The position numbers and the translations under genes were made by a program. A stretch of DNA of 63,283 bases, filler included, from Basidiobolus ranarum (Eukaryota): the NCBI GenBank assembly GCA_040143965.1. It is 18 parts of 18 records of this genome, joined end to end, with 100 filler letters (N's around TTAATTAATTAA, not from the genome) between each part and the next. Parts side by side here need not be neighbours in the genome. Positions count along the whole stretch, not along the records: positions 49,358 to 52,766 come from JASJQH010009381.1; positions 52,867 to 56,273 come from JASJQH010009382.1; positions 56,374 to 59,778 come from JASJQH010009383.1; positions 59,879 to 63,283 come from JASJQH010009384.1; 14 more parts are not named here. One strand, 5' to 3'. Below, piece after piece: positions 49,258 through 62,114 of this stretch (position 1 is the stretch's first letter; each line of letters begins with the position of its first letter). A model generated the notes under the pieces. It did no database searches, was not told where the DNA came from, and saw only the letters and a program-made list of their open reading frames with translations.

Positions 49258-51202
49258 NNNNNNNNNNNNNNNNNNNNNNNNNNNNNNNNNNNNNNNNNNN
49301 NTTAATTAATTAANNNNNNNNNNNNNNNNNNNNNNNNNNNNNNNNNNNNNNNNNNNNATGTATCGAGTGTATGTATCGATAGAACTGGAGAGCGAACATT
49401 ACATCTTTCAATCGTATATTATTGGGTGGTACCTCTCTCTTGGATCTAATATGTGGTTTGCAATGCATTTATTGAGTAAAATCCTGCCTTCATCATATAC
49501 TACAATATTTTGCTTGGATAAGTCGAGCAAGTCATAAGAGACAATCCAGATGCTCTGAAGAATGTTTGATCAAGTGGCAACATATCCGTTATAATGTTTT
49601 GTACTAAGAACAAAACAAGAAGGCTCTATCCTGCATAAACACGAGAGTAAAATTGAAATCCTAGCCTCCAAAATTGAAGTTACAGTCGCAGATTACTACA
49701 TGTGTGGCTTTTGAACATTGGTAAGGGATTTTTGATTTATAATGGCATATTTTAATCACATACTAAAATGCTTCACACTTTGCAATGTGATTTGTCAGTA
49801 TTGCATACTAGAAGAAAGTATTAATATCAAAAGATTTCTTTATAAAGCACACATTGTCACATATTGTAGTGTTTGAGCTCTATGTCTATGGAATGTGCTT
49901 TTGCTAATCAAGTTTCTGAATCAGGTAAACATTTATTATATTCACATATTTTAACTCCATCTGGCATGTTTAGCAAACATATTATAGTATGTGCTGGGAA
50001 TTGCAGTATTAATAATGTATTTGCTAAATCTTTCATAAGCTGTAGTATTCTTCTAATAGATCTTGTAATTACCAGAAAATAGGTCATTACATAGTCAGTG
50101 AAAATTGTGCATTACAGAAGCATATTTAACATCTCAGCCAATCAAAGTCAACTATCCCTTTATGGTAATATGTATAAGTTTATGACACCAAGATGTAATT
50201 GCCAACTTTATCCATATGATCCACATCAGAAATCTTTGTCTCAGATATGACTGATATTAATGTGATGACCAATCACAAATCAGAATTTTACCCCAAAAAG
50301 ATTTATTTCACATTTGAGACAATATTACTTATGTAAGTTTATGATCAATGATCTGAAACATATTCAGCTAATGATATTGGTCCATGCTTCAAATGGCAAG
50401 TTTACAGTAGCTAAATAGGTAAGAAATGCTGCAGTGGCTGTGCTTTCTTGGAATATATGTTCCTCAGCAGTAGTACAGTGATTAGCAGAGTGATAGATGT
50501 CATCATTTTGCATTGGATGTGGTAGATAGACATTTCGACTTGCTGAATCCTGGGTTTTTTTTGGCTATTGAAATATATCGTGGTTGAGAACAAGGCACCA
50601 TCATAGGACACCACGTAGGGGCATAGAAAAGACCTATAAAGTTGTATCAAAAATGATATTGAGTCATGTAAGACTGGCATATATAAATATCACCGCCATT
50701 GTTTTATGTTATAACACTGAAAACACTGGAATCATGGACTGAGCATTAGTGTTTAAAGGCAACTTCCCTTCTCATTTTCTTCATTTCTCCCACGTTTCTT
50801 TGTGAAAATTCACCACACAGTCAAAGACCACCGGACAACATGTTTACCTAATAGAAAGTTTACTTTCAAAGTGCAACCTCAATAGTATAAGCCTTGAAAG
50901 CTGCACTCTCCTGGTAATAATGTAAGTAAGGCTTATTTGAGTGATGCTCAATAAGTTGGCCTTCGAATTTGGGATTCACAAATATTTATCAAGTTGTGGA
51001 CTGACCAAAACTAGATAGAGTAGTGCAGCACTGATTCGGACTTATTGACATTGACGTTATAAGAGAAAACAACTCAAAATTTTAGAACTTTTTGTATTCA
51101 TGTCTGGAGGTAAATCAACGAGGAAGCGATGTCCTGAGTAACAACATATCTGGGTATCAAGCGTCTTGATTATAAGAGGTTAGGTATGTTTAAAGCACAG
51201 AT

Positions 51203-51400
51203 TCACAGTCCATGGGCAGTTTAGAGTATTTTTGTAATACTCAATCATCTTACTCAAGTTTGCCATTGTGTCTCCGATTTCTACTATTCGCAATGCATAA
51301 TTCAATATACATAGATAGATTCTCGGTCAGGAAATTTCAAACTTGGGTAAGATGAATCAGTATTGCATGTATATTCTGAACGATCCATCTACACTGATTA
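51203..51400. mobile_element. MITE-like fold-back element, degenerate copy
   Basis: TGTAATACTCAATCATCTTACTCAAGTTTG pairs with CAAACTTGGGTAAGATGAATCAGTATTGCA; homologous to 52492-52666. Confidence 0.6.
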
Positions 51401-51665
51401 GTGAGAAACTTGCTTGGCCGTCTTTTGCCTATACCTTTGCATTCACTTACTATCAAGATGTTTGATCCTCAGTTATGTAGTTTCTCCTTGCCTTGCCCTC
51501 TCATCTGGGAAATAGTATCCCAATAAATATGCCAGTCATCTTTCGTGGCAAGAAAACGCTTCTTGAGTTGTATTAGGATTGATGTTACCTAGGTTGTAGT
51601 GAATAATTATGAACATTCCAATCAGGATTTGGCTTACACAAATAAACATTACTGATTTTCTACTT

Positions 51666-51735
51666 GACGACCTACGCATTGGATATTCAATGCAATACTC
51701 GATGACCTACGCATTGGATATTCAGTGCAATACTC
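51666..51735. repeat. Two-copy 35-bp tandem duplication
   Basis: GA(C/T)GACCTACGCATTGGATATTCA(A/G)TGCAATACTC twice. Confidence 0.9.
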
Positions 51736-52491
51736 ATATGTGGTAGTAAGGACATACACACACATAATGTTGCAAGATAGCATCGATTATGTGCATCTAT
51801 GAGTAATCTTATAAATAAATCTTGAAATATCCTTGAATTTCTCAAGTTTAAACGTGGTATGTTAGCTGAAGATTATTGCAACTCTTTCTATTGGCTATGA
51901 GACCTGTTGTGACGATTATTGCCTATTGGTGTCACAATGTTAGAAATAAATGCTTTTTTACAGTCGAATTCATTGATCAATGCCATTGCCACTTGGCTCG
52001 TTACTATTTTAGTACAGACTTACGTACGAAAAGAATTGATAAGATATAGTAAGAAGCATTCCGAGAGTCCGAATAGTATGCCGAAGTTTCTGGTTTTTTG
52101 CTTGAATAATTTCTATTAACTGTATAAAAATATCGACGCTGTCGCAGTATGTCAAACCACTCCAAGTCATTAGGATCACTTTGCAGTATTTAGAGGTAAA
52201 ATTTCTTCTCTTTCCTTTACCTTCTATCGTCCTCTTTTCTCTCCCTCTCATGTTGTGCTATGCAAAGGTCTATATTTGTCACTACTAATGATCTATAATC
52301 ACATGTTTAGTCATCTTTGCCTCAAAGAGTTTCTGCGATGGTATTGATGGAGTGAGTGTACATGTAGCTTCAAGTGAACACGCAACTGAGATGTTCACAT
52401 CGGTAGTTCAAGAGAAACTGAATTGAATATGTCCCCCCCCCACTGCTTTCCCTAGCAAGAACCTGTACTTAATCTTTTATCTTTCATACTA

Positions 52492-52666
52492 CTCCAAGTC
52501 CATGGCATGTTTAATGTAAGTATGTAATACTCAATCACCTTGCTCATGTTTGTAATTCCCTACCTCTGAATCTTATAAAGGAAATATTCTTAGTCAGGAA
52601 ACAGCGAACTTGAGCAAGTTGATTGAGTATTACATATCAATATTGAACACACCATTGGTCTTGGAG
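52492..52666. mobile_element. MITE (175 bp) with TIRs of about 60 bp
   Basis: TA|CTCCAAGTCCATGG...TATGTAATACTCAATCACCTTGCTCA pairs with TGAGCAAGTTGATTGAGTATTACATA...CCATTGGTCTTGGAG|CA. Confidence 0.7.
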
Positions 52667-52866
52667 CATACGAAGTGTAAATAAGTATCTCTGGTATACA
52701 TCCTAGTTTTCATCAATTGCCACGATATTTGTCTTCTATCTTAGAATTCTCTTATGTACACCCACCNNNNNNNNNNNNNNNNNNNNNNNNNNNNNNNNNN
52801 NNNNNNNNNNTTAATTAATTAANNNNNNNNNNNNNNNNNNNNNNNNNNNNNNNNNNNNNNNNNNNN

Positions 52867-53176
52867 AGCCTGTCTGAATAAGCTACCGGATAACCCGTCA
52901 TATAGACACCGCCAACCATTTCGTTTCACTATGTTGTTCAGGGTTTTAAAAGCCCCCGGATCGGACTTTTGAAGTTTGGCTTCGTTGGTTTGTAATTGAA
53001 CCTTCACCACATCAAATGGATGGGTGCAGAGTGTAGCAAAACAAGTGGCAAACCCTATACCAAAGAACTTTCACTAAGTCATGATAGTTCGACAAGAAAT
53101 GATAAAAGTATTTTGTAGATTTGAGCAATTCCTACTTACCACCGAACCAGAATGGATATGTTTTAGAGCCAGACAT
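52867..53176 (-). CDS. DIC1: Mitochondrial dicarboxylate carrier-like (SLC25) 5' part; intron 53055-53139; truncated by contig edge
   Basis: MSGSKTYPFWFG|GFATCFATLCTHPFDVVKVQLQ...GWRCLYDGLSGSLFRQA carries the PxDxxK carrier signature and the YPFWFGG start typical of Dic1. Confidence 0.85.
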
Positions 53177-54789
53177 ATTTTACTTCACCATAGAACTGAT
53201 AGGAAAGAAAATAGGCGAACTTTATAAAATTAAATAACACCAACTTTGATAGGGTGATGATCATCTAACGTTTATTATATATGGTTTGATTTGAGCATAT
53301 ATGCTTACCCCACCCTCATCAGCTAGATTTGGATAGCTCTGGTTTTAGGTGGGTGAAGATTTTGCAAAAATTGGGCACAGACTAGCAATGATTTAAAGTA
53401 AATAATTATTGAGAGGAGAAAATAGTGGTTTCTAGCCTCAGGACAAGACTTGCCCCACCATGGGTCACCATTTTACTTATTCGTAGATCGTAAGCATTCC
53501 ACAAATACCATTTTGGAATTGTTGCATCTTGATTGGCCAACCTCCTCATGTGCGATAATAAATCAGTAGTTGATATTAATGGTAAATGCTCTTTAGTGAA
53601 CCATATAGAGAGCTCTCGTCAGTATACTCTCTTTTCTTGGGTGAAAGAAGTACAGGACTCGAAACACATACAAACAAGCCTCACTCAAGATTAATATCTT
53701 AAATCGATTGTGCTAGAGACTTGTGTGGTAGTACACAGGTTCTCAGACTTTTTCCATATCCAGTAAAATATCGAAAGTGAATCCAAGAGAAAAAGGGTGC
53801 TCTCTTGAAGTTGACTGAGATAAATAGCGAATCTTTTGATAGTAGATAAAGTTGTGGAGTAGAATTTGGTCGAACTATATATACCCGTTCTAATCACGCT
53901 AATATCAGTTGGTTTATCTCTTCATGTAGTTCTTCATAAGCTAAGAAACCTTCACCCTTCCTAAACATCGCACAAAGTGTAATTTAACCGACTGCAAGAT
54001 CCTTGTCACAGGAAATTTTTCTTTAGTATCAATATATATAACCGAATTTCCTCGACCTCCGAATTGCACTTCGACCATATCTTAATTCACTTGAACTTCT
54101 TGATATTCTAGTGTAATGGTAGTTGGGATTAAGCAGATTTGAATTTCGGTTTTACCAGTGGCTGAATTTCCATCCATCTAAATGATCTCATCTGGACAGA
54201 CAATTGTGTATGTTACTGGGGCTGATAAGTGTTTTTCAAGTTCATTACGTGCTGGCAACAGAATGATCGAGGCAATCAAGATACAAAAGTCTAATGGAAC
54301 GTTTTCCCTTTATTAAATTATACAACTAGCTGAGAAAACAAAGGTAAATTAACGAGTGAGTTATCTGAAGCCCAGCTTCAGATTTTATCTCCGTTATCGA
54401 AGAAGACTCATGTAATCCTCCAGGTACAAGTTGGATGTCTAAAAAGTTGGAGAATCAAGTTTATGCTCATCACATATCATGATGACTCGTTAATTTACAC
54501 TAGTTTTGCACTAACTTTAATGAAAGGATATTCTAAAGACATAGTTGGTACGCAGAATTTCGATTGTTGGTGTGACTTATGTGACTTTCATTATTTTAGT
54601 AACGCCACAGTATAAAGATGCCAAAAAAAAAATGTTAAAAAAAAGAAAAAAAAGGGGATTAACATTAACTAACAAAAAAGATAGCCATTAGTTTTGCGAT
54701 TACTCGTAAAAACCAGATTTATTTGATTCTTGTGAATAACTTCTCACTGAACAGAAAAAACTTAACCAAAACCAACTCACATAGAAATA

Positions 54790-55724
54790 ATGTCTACTGA
54801 AATTCTCGAAGTTGATCCTGCTTTACAAAAAGTTTGGCCCCAAGTGGTCCAAATCGAAGATGAATTCGAGAAAATAAATGATACTTTGGGTAAGTAAATG
54901 ACTCTTTGTATCACTAGAGAGATCTCTTGAGGTAATTATGTCATACAAATCCACTAACCCTACTTTAGTCGAAGAGACCACTGCACTTGCAACTAAATAT
55001 GAGAATATCAAAGCACCTATTTATGAAAAGAGAAGTGAGATCCTAGCTCAAATCCCTAAATTTTGGAGTACTGCTGTTAGTATTTTTGTTTTAATAGACG
55101 ATCGCGGCTATGCACTTGAACTAATTGTCGAAAAATTGGTTTTATATTATTATTCGAACCCAGTTTGAAAACCATCCTATGCTCAGTATGTTATGAACTA
55201 CGGAACTTTGCACGGCTGATAAGTTATTTAACGACATTTGATAATTTTAGGCGCTCTTTTAGACGAAGAAGATCTCCTTGTATTTGAGTATTTGACTAAT
55301 CTTAAGGTTCAAAGAGACGAGAAGGATTGCACTGTTTACAAAATTATCATGGTATTTGAGATAATCCGTTGATAAGAAAACGCTGAACAAACGCTGATAC
55401 ATAAATATCTTTTGACAGGAATTTTCTGAAAATCCTTACTTTGAAAATAAGGAGCTGATCAAAGAATTCTCGCACGATGACGATGGTTGTTGCGTAAAAG
55501 TGAAGAACCATCCTATTACTTGGAAGGAAGGAAAGGATATCACTAAAAAAAGTGACCAAAATGAGGAAATGGATTCTGGTAGCTTCTTTATGTGGTTCAC
55601 TGAAGACGATGCCGAGATTGGAGAGTTGGTGGCCAACGATCTTTTCCCCAACGCCTTGAGGTACTTCCAAGGTATAGATGAGGAGGAGGATTCCGAAGAT
55701 GACCTAAATGAGGAAGATGAATAA
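54790..55724 (+). CDS. NAP-family histone chaperone (SET/Vps75-like), 5 exons; introns 54890-54968, 55076-55163, 55186-55250, 55352-55418
   Basis: PIYEKRSEILAQIPKFW, NHP, F.ENPYFENKELIKEF, I.WK.GKD, SFF.WF, DLFPNAL.YF and an acidic tail. Confidence 0.92.
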
Positions 55725-56165
55725 GCATTTGTTCCTTCTTGAACATGTGCCGTTTCTATTAGTAGACTAAATGAACCGAAATACCGAATCCACACGTTAG
55801 AATTTCTAACAATTTGTTAATAAACGAACAATATACAATACTTAGCCCTGAAATAGTCTTAATAAGGTGAGATATCATTGCTGAATTTAAGCAGATTTCT
55901 TGTGCAACCCACATGGCTTCATTTTCCTATTTCAAAGCAAATTAGGCTGTAGTCGCTGTATAATTTAGATCAGAAAATCTGTTCTCTGGGTAAGCGCTTC
56001 TTACCCAGCTAGTTATTTAAGTATGTGCTGCTTCCAGCTCAATTTAGTAAATTTCATATAATTACTCAAATATATATATAGACTATATGAAAATTGAGAA
56101 TCCTAAGTTTAGCATCCACAACCTAGATTTTCTTTGCTCTCTTGTTCTTCTTAGGTGTAACATGT

Positions 56166-56273
56166 GTTGAAATTAGCATTGCCTAAACACCTATATAGTC
56201 ATATATAGCTTAGTACTTAGTTATCTTATAATTCACTAAGATATTATCAATTATTCTCATAAGGAATTTACTT
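56166..56273 (+). repeat. 5' part of copia LTR family B
   Basis: TGTTGAAATTAGCATTGCCTAAACACC...; reverse complement of the right end of 58823-59165. Confidence 0.8.
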
Positions 56274-56392
56274 NNNNNNNNNNNNNNNNNNNNNNNNNNN
56301 NNNNNNNNNNNNNNNNNTTAATTAATTAANNNNNNNNNNNNNNNNNNNNNNNNNNNNNNNNNNNNNNNNNNNNGCACTTATTTCTTTATAGT

Positions 56393-56812
56393 ATGGATAA
56401 CTATAAATTTTCTTGTTTTGTTACAACTAACGACAATACCTTAGCTCATCCTTGCCTTCTCAGGCCCAGACATGGAGATATATGGTTCGAAAAAACATAT
56501 GGGATTGTTGAATGGTCTTCTGCCCCAGGCTGTCCTAAAGTGGTTTCAGATCTTACTGCATATGTTTATGCAGATGGTCAGATGGTAGGGGGGTCTACTT
56601 TCGGAGGTCAACCAGATTCTGGGATGAGATTTTCAGTGAGCTTAGGTGGTGACAAACTGTCGGGCCCACTCTTGTTAAAATCGAGCAATGGCTTTAATAC
56701 TACTGTGGACATATGTATTGAGAAATGGGTTCCAAAGTCATCATCAAATATAACTAAGATATTGTATCTTCTTTTGGCACTACCTTTGGTGTCAACCTTG
56801 GTCTTCTTCTAG
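56393..56812 (+). CDS. Small putative GPI-anchored or C-terminally anchored surface protein, possibly a last exon
   Basis: P..G..W....I.W pattern reminiscent of Kre9/KNH-type domains; SSS followed by a hydrophobic C-terminus; TTTCTTTATAG acceptor-like site just upstream; paralogue about 1 kb downstream. Confidence 0.6.
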   Translation: MDNYKFSCFVTTNDNTLAHPCLLRPRHGDIWFEKTYGIVEWSSAPGCPKVVSDLTAYVYADGQMVGGSTFGGQPDSGMRFSVSLGGDKLSGPLLLKSSNGFNTTVDICIEKWVPKSSSNITKILYLLLALPLVSTLVFF

Positions 56813-57427
56813 CTACCTCAGAGCAGATAATACTTCAAAAATCCATAATAAACTGCAACTTATGCCTAAAGTACACAGCCTGTTTAGCTACTTCAATATT
56901 CTCTTAATTTGGGAATATATACTTAGTATGTTCAACACAAAGTTCGCTAAGATGGAACTTTTACATGAGGTGATTATTTGTGCTAGATTGTTATCCACGT
57001 GTTAGTTCGGAGAATACTCTTGCATTATATAGTTAGGTTAATACTACAGATTAATGAAAGCTCAGTAGAGATAAGTAGCCGCTTAGAATATTGGTGTGGA
57101 ATTAAAAGCCCCATCTGATCTCACTATTGCAAAAGATTGTCTAAAAGTTACTTATATATATCATTCGGTAGTGTAACTTTGGTTAATACAATATCTGCTT
57201 TAAAAATGGTTAGCATTATCCCTAAAAAGAGTTTCACTTGGAGAATATTGTTTTATGCGTCTGAGCTACTGGTGAAGCTAAGCAAACTGGATTTAATTGG
57301 CCTGACAACATTTCAAATCATAACCATCGTTGCTCTAAAATGGTTCTTGAACCTGTGTGGTAAATTCACAATGCAACAATTAGAAATGGGATGGATTTTG
57401 CAAGACTTGCACTTATTCCTTTCCAAT

Positions 57428-57793
57428 ATGCCTAACCATGATACTTCTCGTCCTGTTTGCTTCACTGAATCCTTGGCTATCAACACCAAGGCCTTAGCCC
57501 ATCCTTGTCTTCTCCAGCCTAGGCTTGGAGATATATGGTTCCCAAAAGGATCCGAAATTATAGAGTGGTCTTTTGCACCAGAATGTTTTGAGATTGCTCC
57601 AGATCTTTCAGTGTATCTTTATGTAGATGGCTGACTTGTAATTATAGGTGGCGGGAGTAGTCACCCAACGTTTGAATTTTCTTAAATACAGGATTTGGAA
57701 AATCAGTTGTTAGGTCCATTTGTACTAAATTCGAGTAATGGCTTTAATATGACTGTTAAAATATGTATTTCTATCTCTGCATCCAGTATAATT
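57428..57793 (+). pseudogene. Tandem pseudogenised paralogue of 56393-56812, cut by an LTR-B insertion at 57794
   Basis: LAHPCLLQPRLGDIWF...EWS.AP.C...DL..Y.Y.DG* ... GPFVLNSSNGFNMTVKICI with two in-frame stops. Confidence 0.75.
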
Positions 57794-58414
57794 TGTTGAA
57801 ATTAATGATAGCCTAAACATCATATATATCTTAATAATTAGTATTTCCTACTTCACTAAGATATCACTCACTATTTTCAACCGGAATTCACTCAGGACTT
57901 CTCAGATATATAGATCTGTCAAACTTGTCCTAGAGACCCCAAACTGGGCACACATGTTCCTGAGACCATCTTTAACGTATTCAATATAACTTTTGCTTAC
58001 CTCTTGAAAAAACCATAGAAGTAAGCTTTCCACTCAATAAGTCAACAAGTGTAAACAACCAATCACTTTTACAACTCACAAAATACATCAACATTACTAA
58101 GGTATTACATCTCTCTCCTCTTTTTATTCTTCCAGTTACCAAATAAAGCTGGCTTAATCTAAAATAAACCATGCCTTGTATCATTGTTGCTTGGCCTATA
58201 AAAGGCACAATAACTCTGTCTTTCAAGCAATCAAAAGCAAAACCGGTATATACATGCTACATAGTAACAAGCGTTACTTGATGCTGAGCATAAATGATGT
58301 CAACATACAAACACTTGGTAATGTCAAGCATGGTATTCCAAGCTAATGGTAGAGTTGGATCAATGTTATGGAATAATATTAATAAATTATGGGATAGAGA
58401 CAATATTTTGACAC

Positions 58415-59435
58415 TGCTGAAATGAGCATTGCCTAAACACTTATATAGTCATATATAGCCTAGTGTTTAGTTATCCCATATTTCACTAAGATATCACTCA
58501 TTATTCTCAATTGGAATTTACTGAGAAGTTCTCAGATATACAGATTTTTCAAAGAAGCCCCTGTTAAAGTGTTTGGGAGCTTGTTGGAAGCTGTTTGGAC
58601 AATTAGAAAAATTGGTGGTCTTCACTTATTGATATATTGTGTTGAAAGTTGATATTTATATTTTTGTCAAGATGTAAACAAACTAGCATATTGAATGTGT
58701 TAAGCAAGGTCCCAGAATATGTGTGCAAAGTTTGGGACTTTTAGCACAAGTTTGAAAAATCTATATAACTGAGAACTTCTAAGTTGGTGTCAATATTCTA
58801 AGTAAATTCCTTATGAGAGTAATGTTAAAGTATTTGGGAGCCTGTTGGAAGCGGTTTGGGGAATTAGAGAAATTGGTGGTTTTCACCTATTGATTTATTG
58901 AGTAGAAAGTTGGCATTTATGGATTTGTCAAGATGTAAGCAAACTAACATGTAGAATGTATTAAGCAATGTCCCAGGAACATGTGTGCAAAGTTTGGGGT
59001 CTCTAGCATAAGTTTGAAAAGTCTCTATATCTGAGAACTTCCAAGTTGGTCAAAATATTCAAAGAAAATTCCAATTGAGAATAATGGGTGATATCTTTGT
59101 GAGATATAAGGTAAGTAAGTACTATATATGACTATATAGGTGCTTAAGCAAGGCTTATTTCAACAAGTAATGGATAATATCTGAGTGAGTCAAAAGATAA
59201 CTAAATACTAAACTATATATGCCTAAATAGGTGTTTAGGCAATCCTAATTATAACAGCCCCAAACCTTGTATATATGTTCCTGGGACCTTTCTTAACATA
59301 TTGTACATATTAGTCTGTTTAAATCTTGACAAAACTATATATGCCAACTTTCTGCTCAAAAAAGCAACAAGTGAAAACCACCAAAATCTCTAGTTCTCCA
59401 AACTAGTTCTAACAGGCTTGCAAAATATTTCAGTA
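58415..59435. repeat. Three nested solo copia LTRs of family B
   Basis: Outer + 58415-59435 (GACAC/GACTC), middle - 58562-59256 (GCCCC/GCCCC), inner - 58823-59165 (AGTAA/AGTAA). Confidence 0.88.
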
Positions 59436-59878
59436 GACTCAAATAGTGATCTTATTATGGAAATAAACAACATTTGCACTAACTTGTCTCAAAAGATAAG
59501 CCATACTTTTTTGTGTTTTAGATCTATTGTTGAGTCAAAAAAATTATTAACTACTACAACTATAATTCAACTTTTATGTAGGGATGGTGAAAATCTTTTT
59601 GGTATGCATGATCAATAAGGGAAGTAGAAGTTGCCATTATCAAAACAAGCTATTTGACAGGGCCATATGTATATGAAGTAACTTTTCAGAGTAACTGCTG
59701 GTGAAATACTTGGCAAGTTTGTTGGAAGTGGTTTGGATAACTAGAAGAATTGATGGTTTTCACTTATTGATTCATCAANNNNNNNNNNNNNNNNNNNNNN
59801 NNNNNNNNNNNNNNNNNNNNNNTTAATTAATTAANNNNNNNNNNNNNNNNNNNNNNNNNNNNNNNNNNNNNNNNNNNN

Positions 59879-60531
59879 TAAGGAAGCTGTTCAAAGACTT
59901 GGGCATTATTCAAAGTTCACCCACCATAATTTTCAAGGATAATCAAAGTTGTATTTCTTTAGCTAAAAATCCCAAATTTCATGCTAGAAATAAGCACATT
60001 GATATTAAACATCACTTTGTTAGGAAAAATATTGAGAATAAGCATGTCAAACTGAGGACATGATTGCTGACATACTTACCAAACCATTGCCCAAGCCAAA
60101 ATTTGAAGAATCAAGATTCAAGTTAGGATTAAGATATATGAATATTTAGTTGAGTGGGAGTGTTGAAGTTTATTGTCTTATTTGTTAACTCTATCTTTAT
60201 ACACCTAACTACTTCATATATCACATTTAAGCTAGTTAACATTACTTGGTCAAATATCACATAGCTGAAAATTGGAACATATACTATATATATATGTGAA
60301 TAATGTGAGAATTAGCAATTCCATACTGGAAAATTCAAACTCATCCAAATTGCCCCAAAGATAACTCATTTTACTCCCACAGATGTTCTGAACACAACCC
60401 CAGTGTTTGTTTTCTGTATTTCTACCAAAAAGTATAAATGCTTTATTTCTGGACAATAAACAATTATCTCACAAAGCGGTTCCAACTCCACTTTTCTAAA
60501 GTTCCTACAAACAGTCCATATTTTTACAATA
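59879..60531 (+). mobile_element. Ty1/copia family C 3' end with LTR 60161-60531, followed by a short CACTA transposase fragment (60532-60653)
   Basis: DNQSCISLAKNPKFHARNKHIDIKHHFVR; PPT GTTGAGTGGGAG; the LTR matches 18745-19120. Confidence 0.88.
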
Positions 60532-60653
60532 AAAATATCACCATACCATCATATTTCAATGGGACTCCCATCAATATCCACTCATCTAGGCATTTATTCA
60601 AATGCAAAGACTGGGTGTATTGGATATGTATATATTCAAGTGAAATCTTGAAA

Positions 60654-62114
60654 CATATGTGGCATAGAAAATTAGGCCACATTGGGGAGCAAAAACTGAT
60701 CCAAAGGATCCAAAATTGGCTTGTTTCAGACTTAGATATTGAAAATATGACTAAATTGGATCTGTGTTAAGGTTGCATATATGGAAAACATCACAGACAG
60801 CTGTTTTCAAGCTTGGGAGATCATATCCACTCAGAATTTTGCCCTGATTTATTCTGACCTATGTAGGCCCATGAAAAATATCTCACTGGGTGGGAAAAGG
60901 TACTTGATGATCTTTATTGATGATAAAACAAGATGTTTTTGGGTTTTCTTTCTCAAATCAAAATTTGAAGCCTTAGCTACATTCAAGCACTACAAAGCAA
61001 TGGTAGAGAAAGAATTAGCACAAAAAAAAAGATACTAATGACTGATAATGGTGGAGAATACTGCTCTAAAGACTTTACTAGTTTTTGCCCCAAACATGGA
61101 ATTAAGCAACAAACTACTGTACCTTATACTCAAGTTGCAGACCGTGCTAATAGGACCATAGTGGAGATGGCAAGATCAGTGTTACATGATCAAAAGTTAG
61201 ATTACCAATATTGGGCTGAATCTGTCTCTACTGCAGTCTATATCAAAAAATCTGAAATCTTAGCTACGCTCAATGATTACAGAGCAATGGTAGAGAAAGA
61301 ATCAGCACAAAAAATAAGGTTACAAAGGGGTGATAATGGTGAAGAATACTGCTTTAAAGACTTTACTAGTTTTTGTTCTTAATATAGAATTCAGCAACAA
61401 ACTACTGCACCATAAAATCCACAGCTGAATGGAGTTGCAGAATGTTCTGATTGGACCATAGTGGAGATGGCAAAGTCAATGTTACAAGATCAAAAGTTAG
61501 ATTACCAATATTGGGCTGAATCTGTCTCCGCAATAGTCTATATTTAAAACAGATGCCCAACAAGATTGCTATGAAATTCTACTCCACTTGCAGTCCTATA
61601 TGGATCAAACCAAGTGTGGATAATCTCAGGATCTTTGGTTGCACAGCATATTGCCCAATTGCTGCTTAAAAACACTCTAAATTGGATCCCAAAAGCAGAA
61701 AATGCATATTTCTTGGTTACTGCAATGGATCAAAGGCCTGTAGACTGTTTGATACCAAAAATCAGAAGTTAGTCAAGTGCATGGATGTGATTTTTGATGA
61801 AAAAGCAAATTATTTAACTTAAATCACATTTCTTTATTCAGAAAAAAAATCAGCACTATTCAGGAAGTGTCTGACAAAATTCCAGCTGTATATGAGCCCT
61901 ATTGAACTGAAAATCTAGTCCCAATTACATCAGGGGATGATTCAGGCCCCGGAAGATCATCCAGAAGTAGAAATAAGCCAGGAAACTGGTGGAACACTTT
62001 CAATGATGATGTATATGCTGATGCATCATTCTGTGAAGAGCCAAAGACTCTGGATCAAGCTTTGGAGTGTCCAGAACCAAAATTAGGGCAAAAAGCAATG
62101 TCAGATGAGTTTTC
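60654..62114 (+). mobile_element. Decayed copia family A integrase region with internal tandem duplication
   Basis: WHRKLGH, FIDDKTR, TDNGGEY; the segment from KS..LATF to YWAESVS occurs twice (about 60956-61249 and 61250-61545). Confidence 0.9.
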
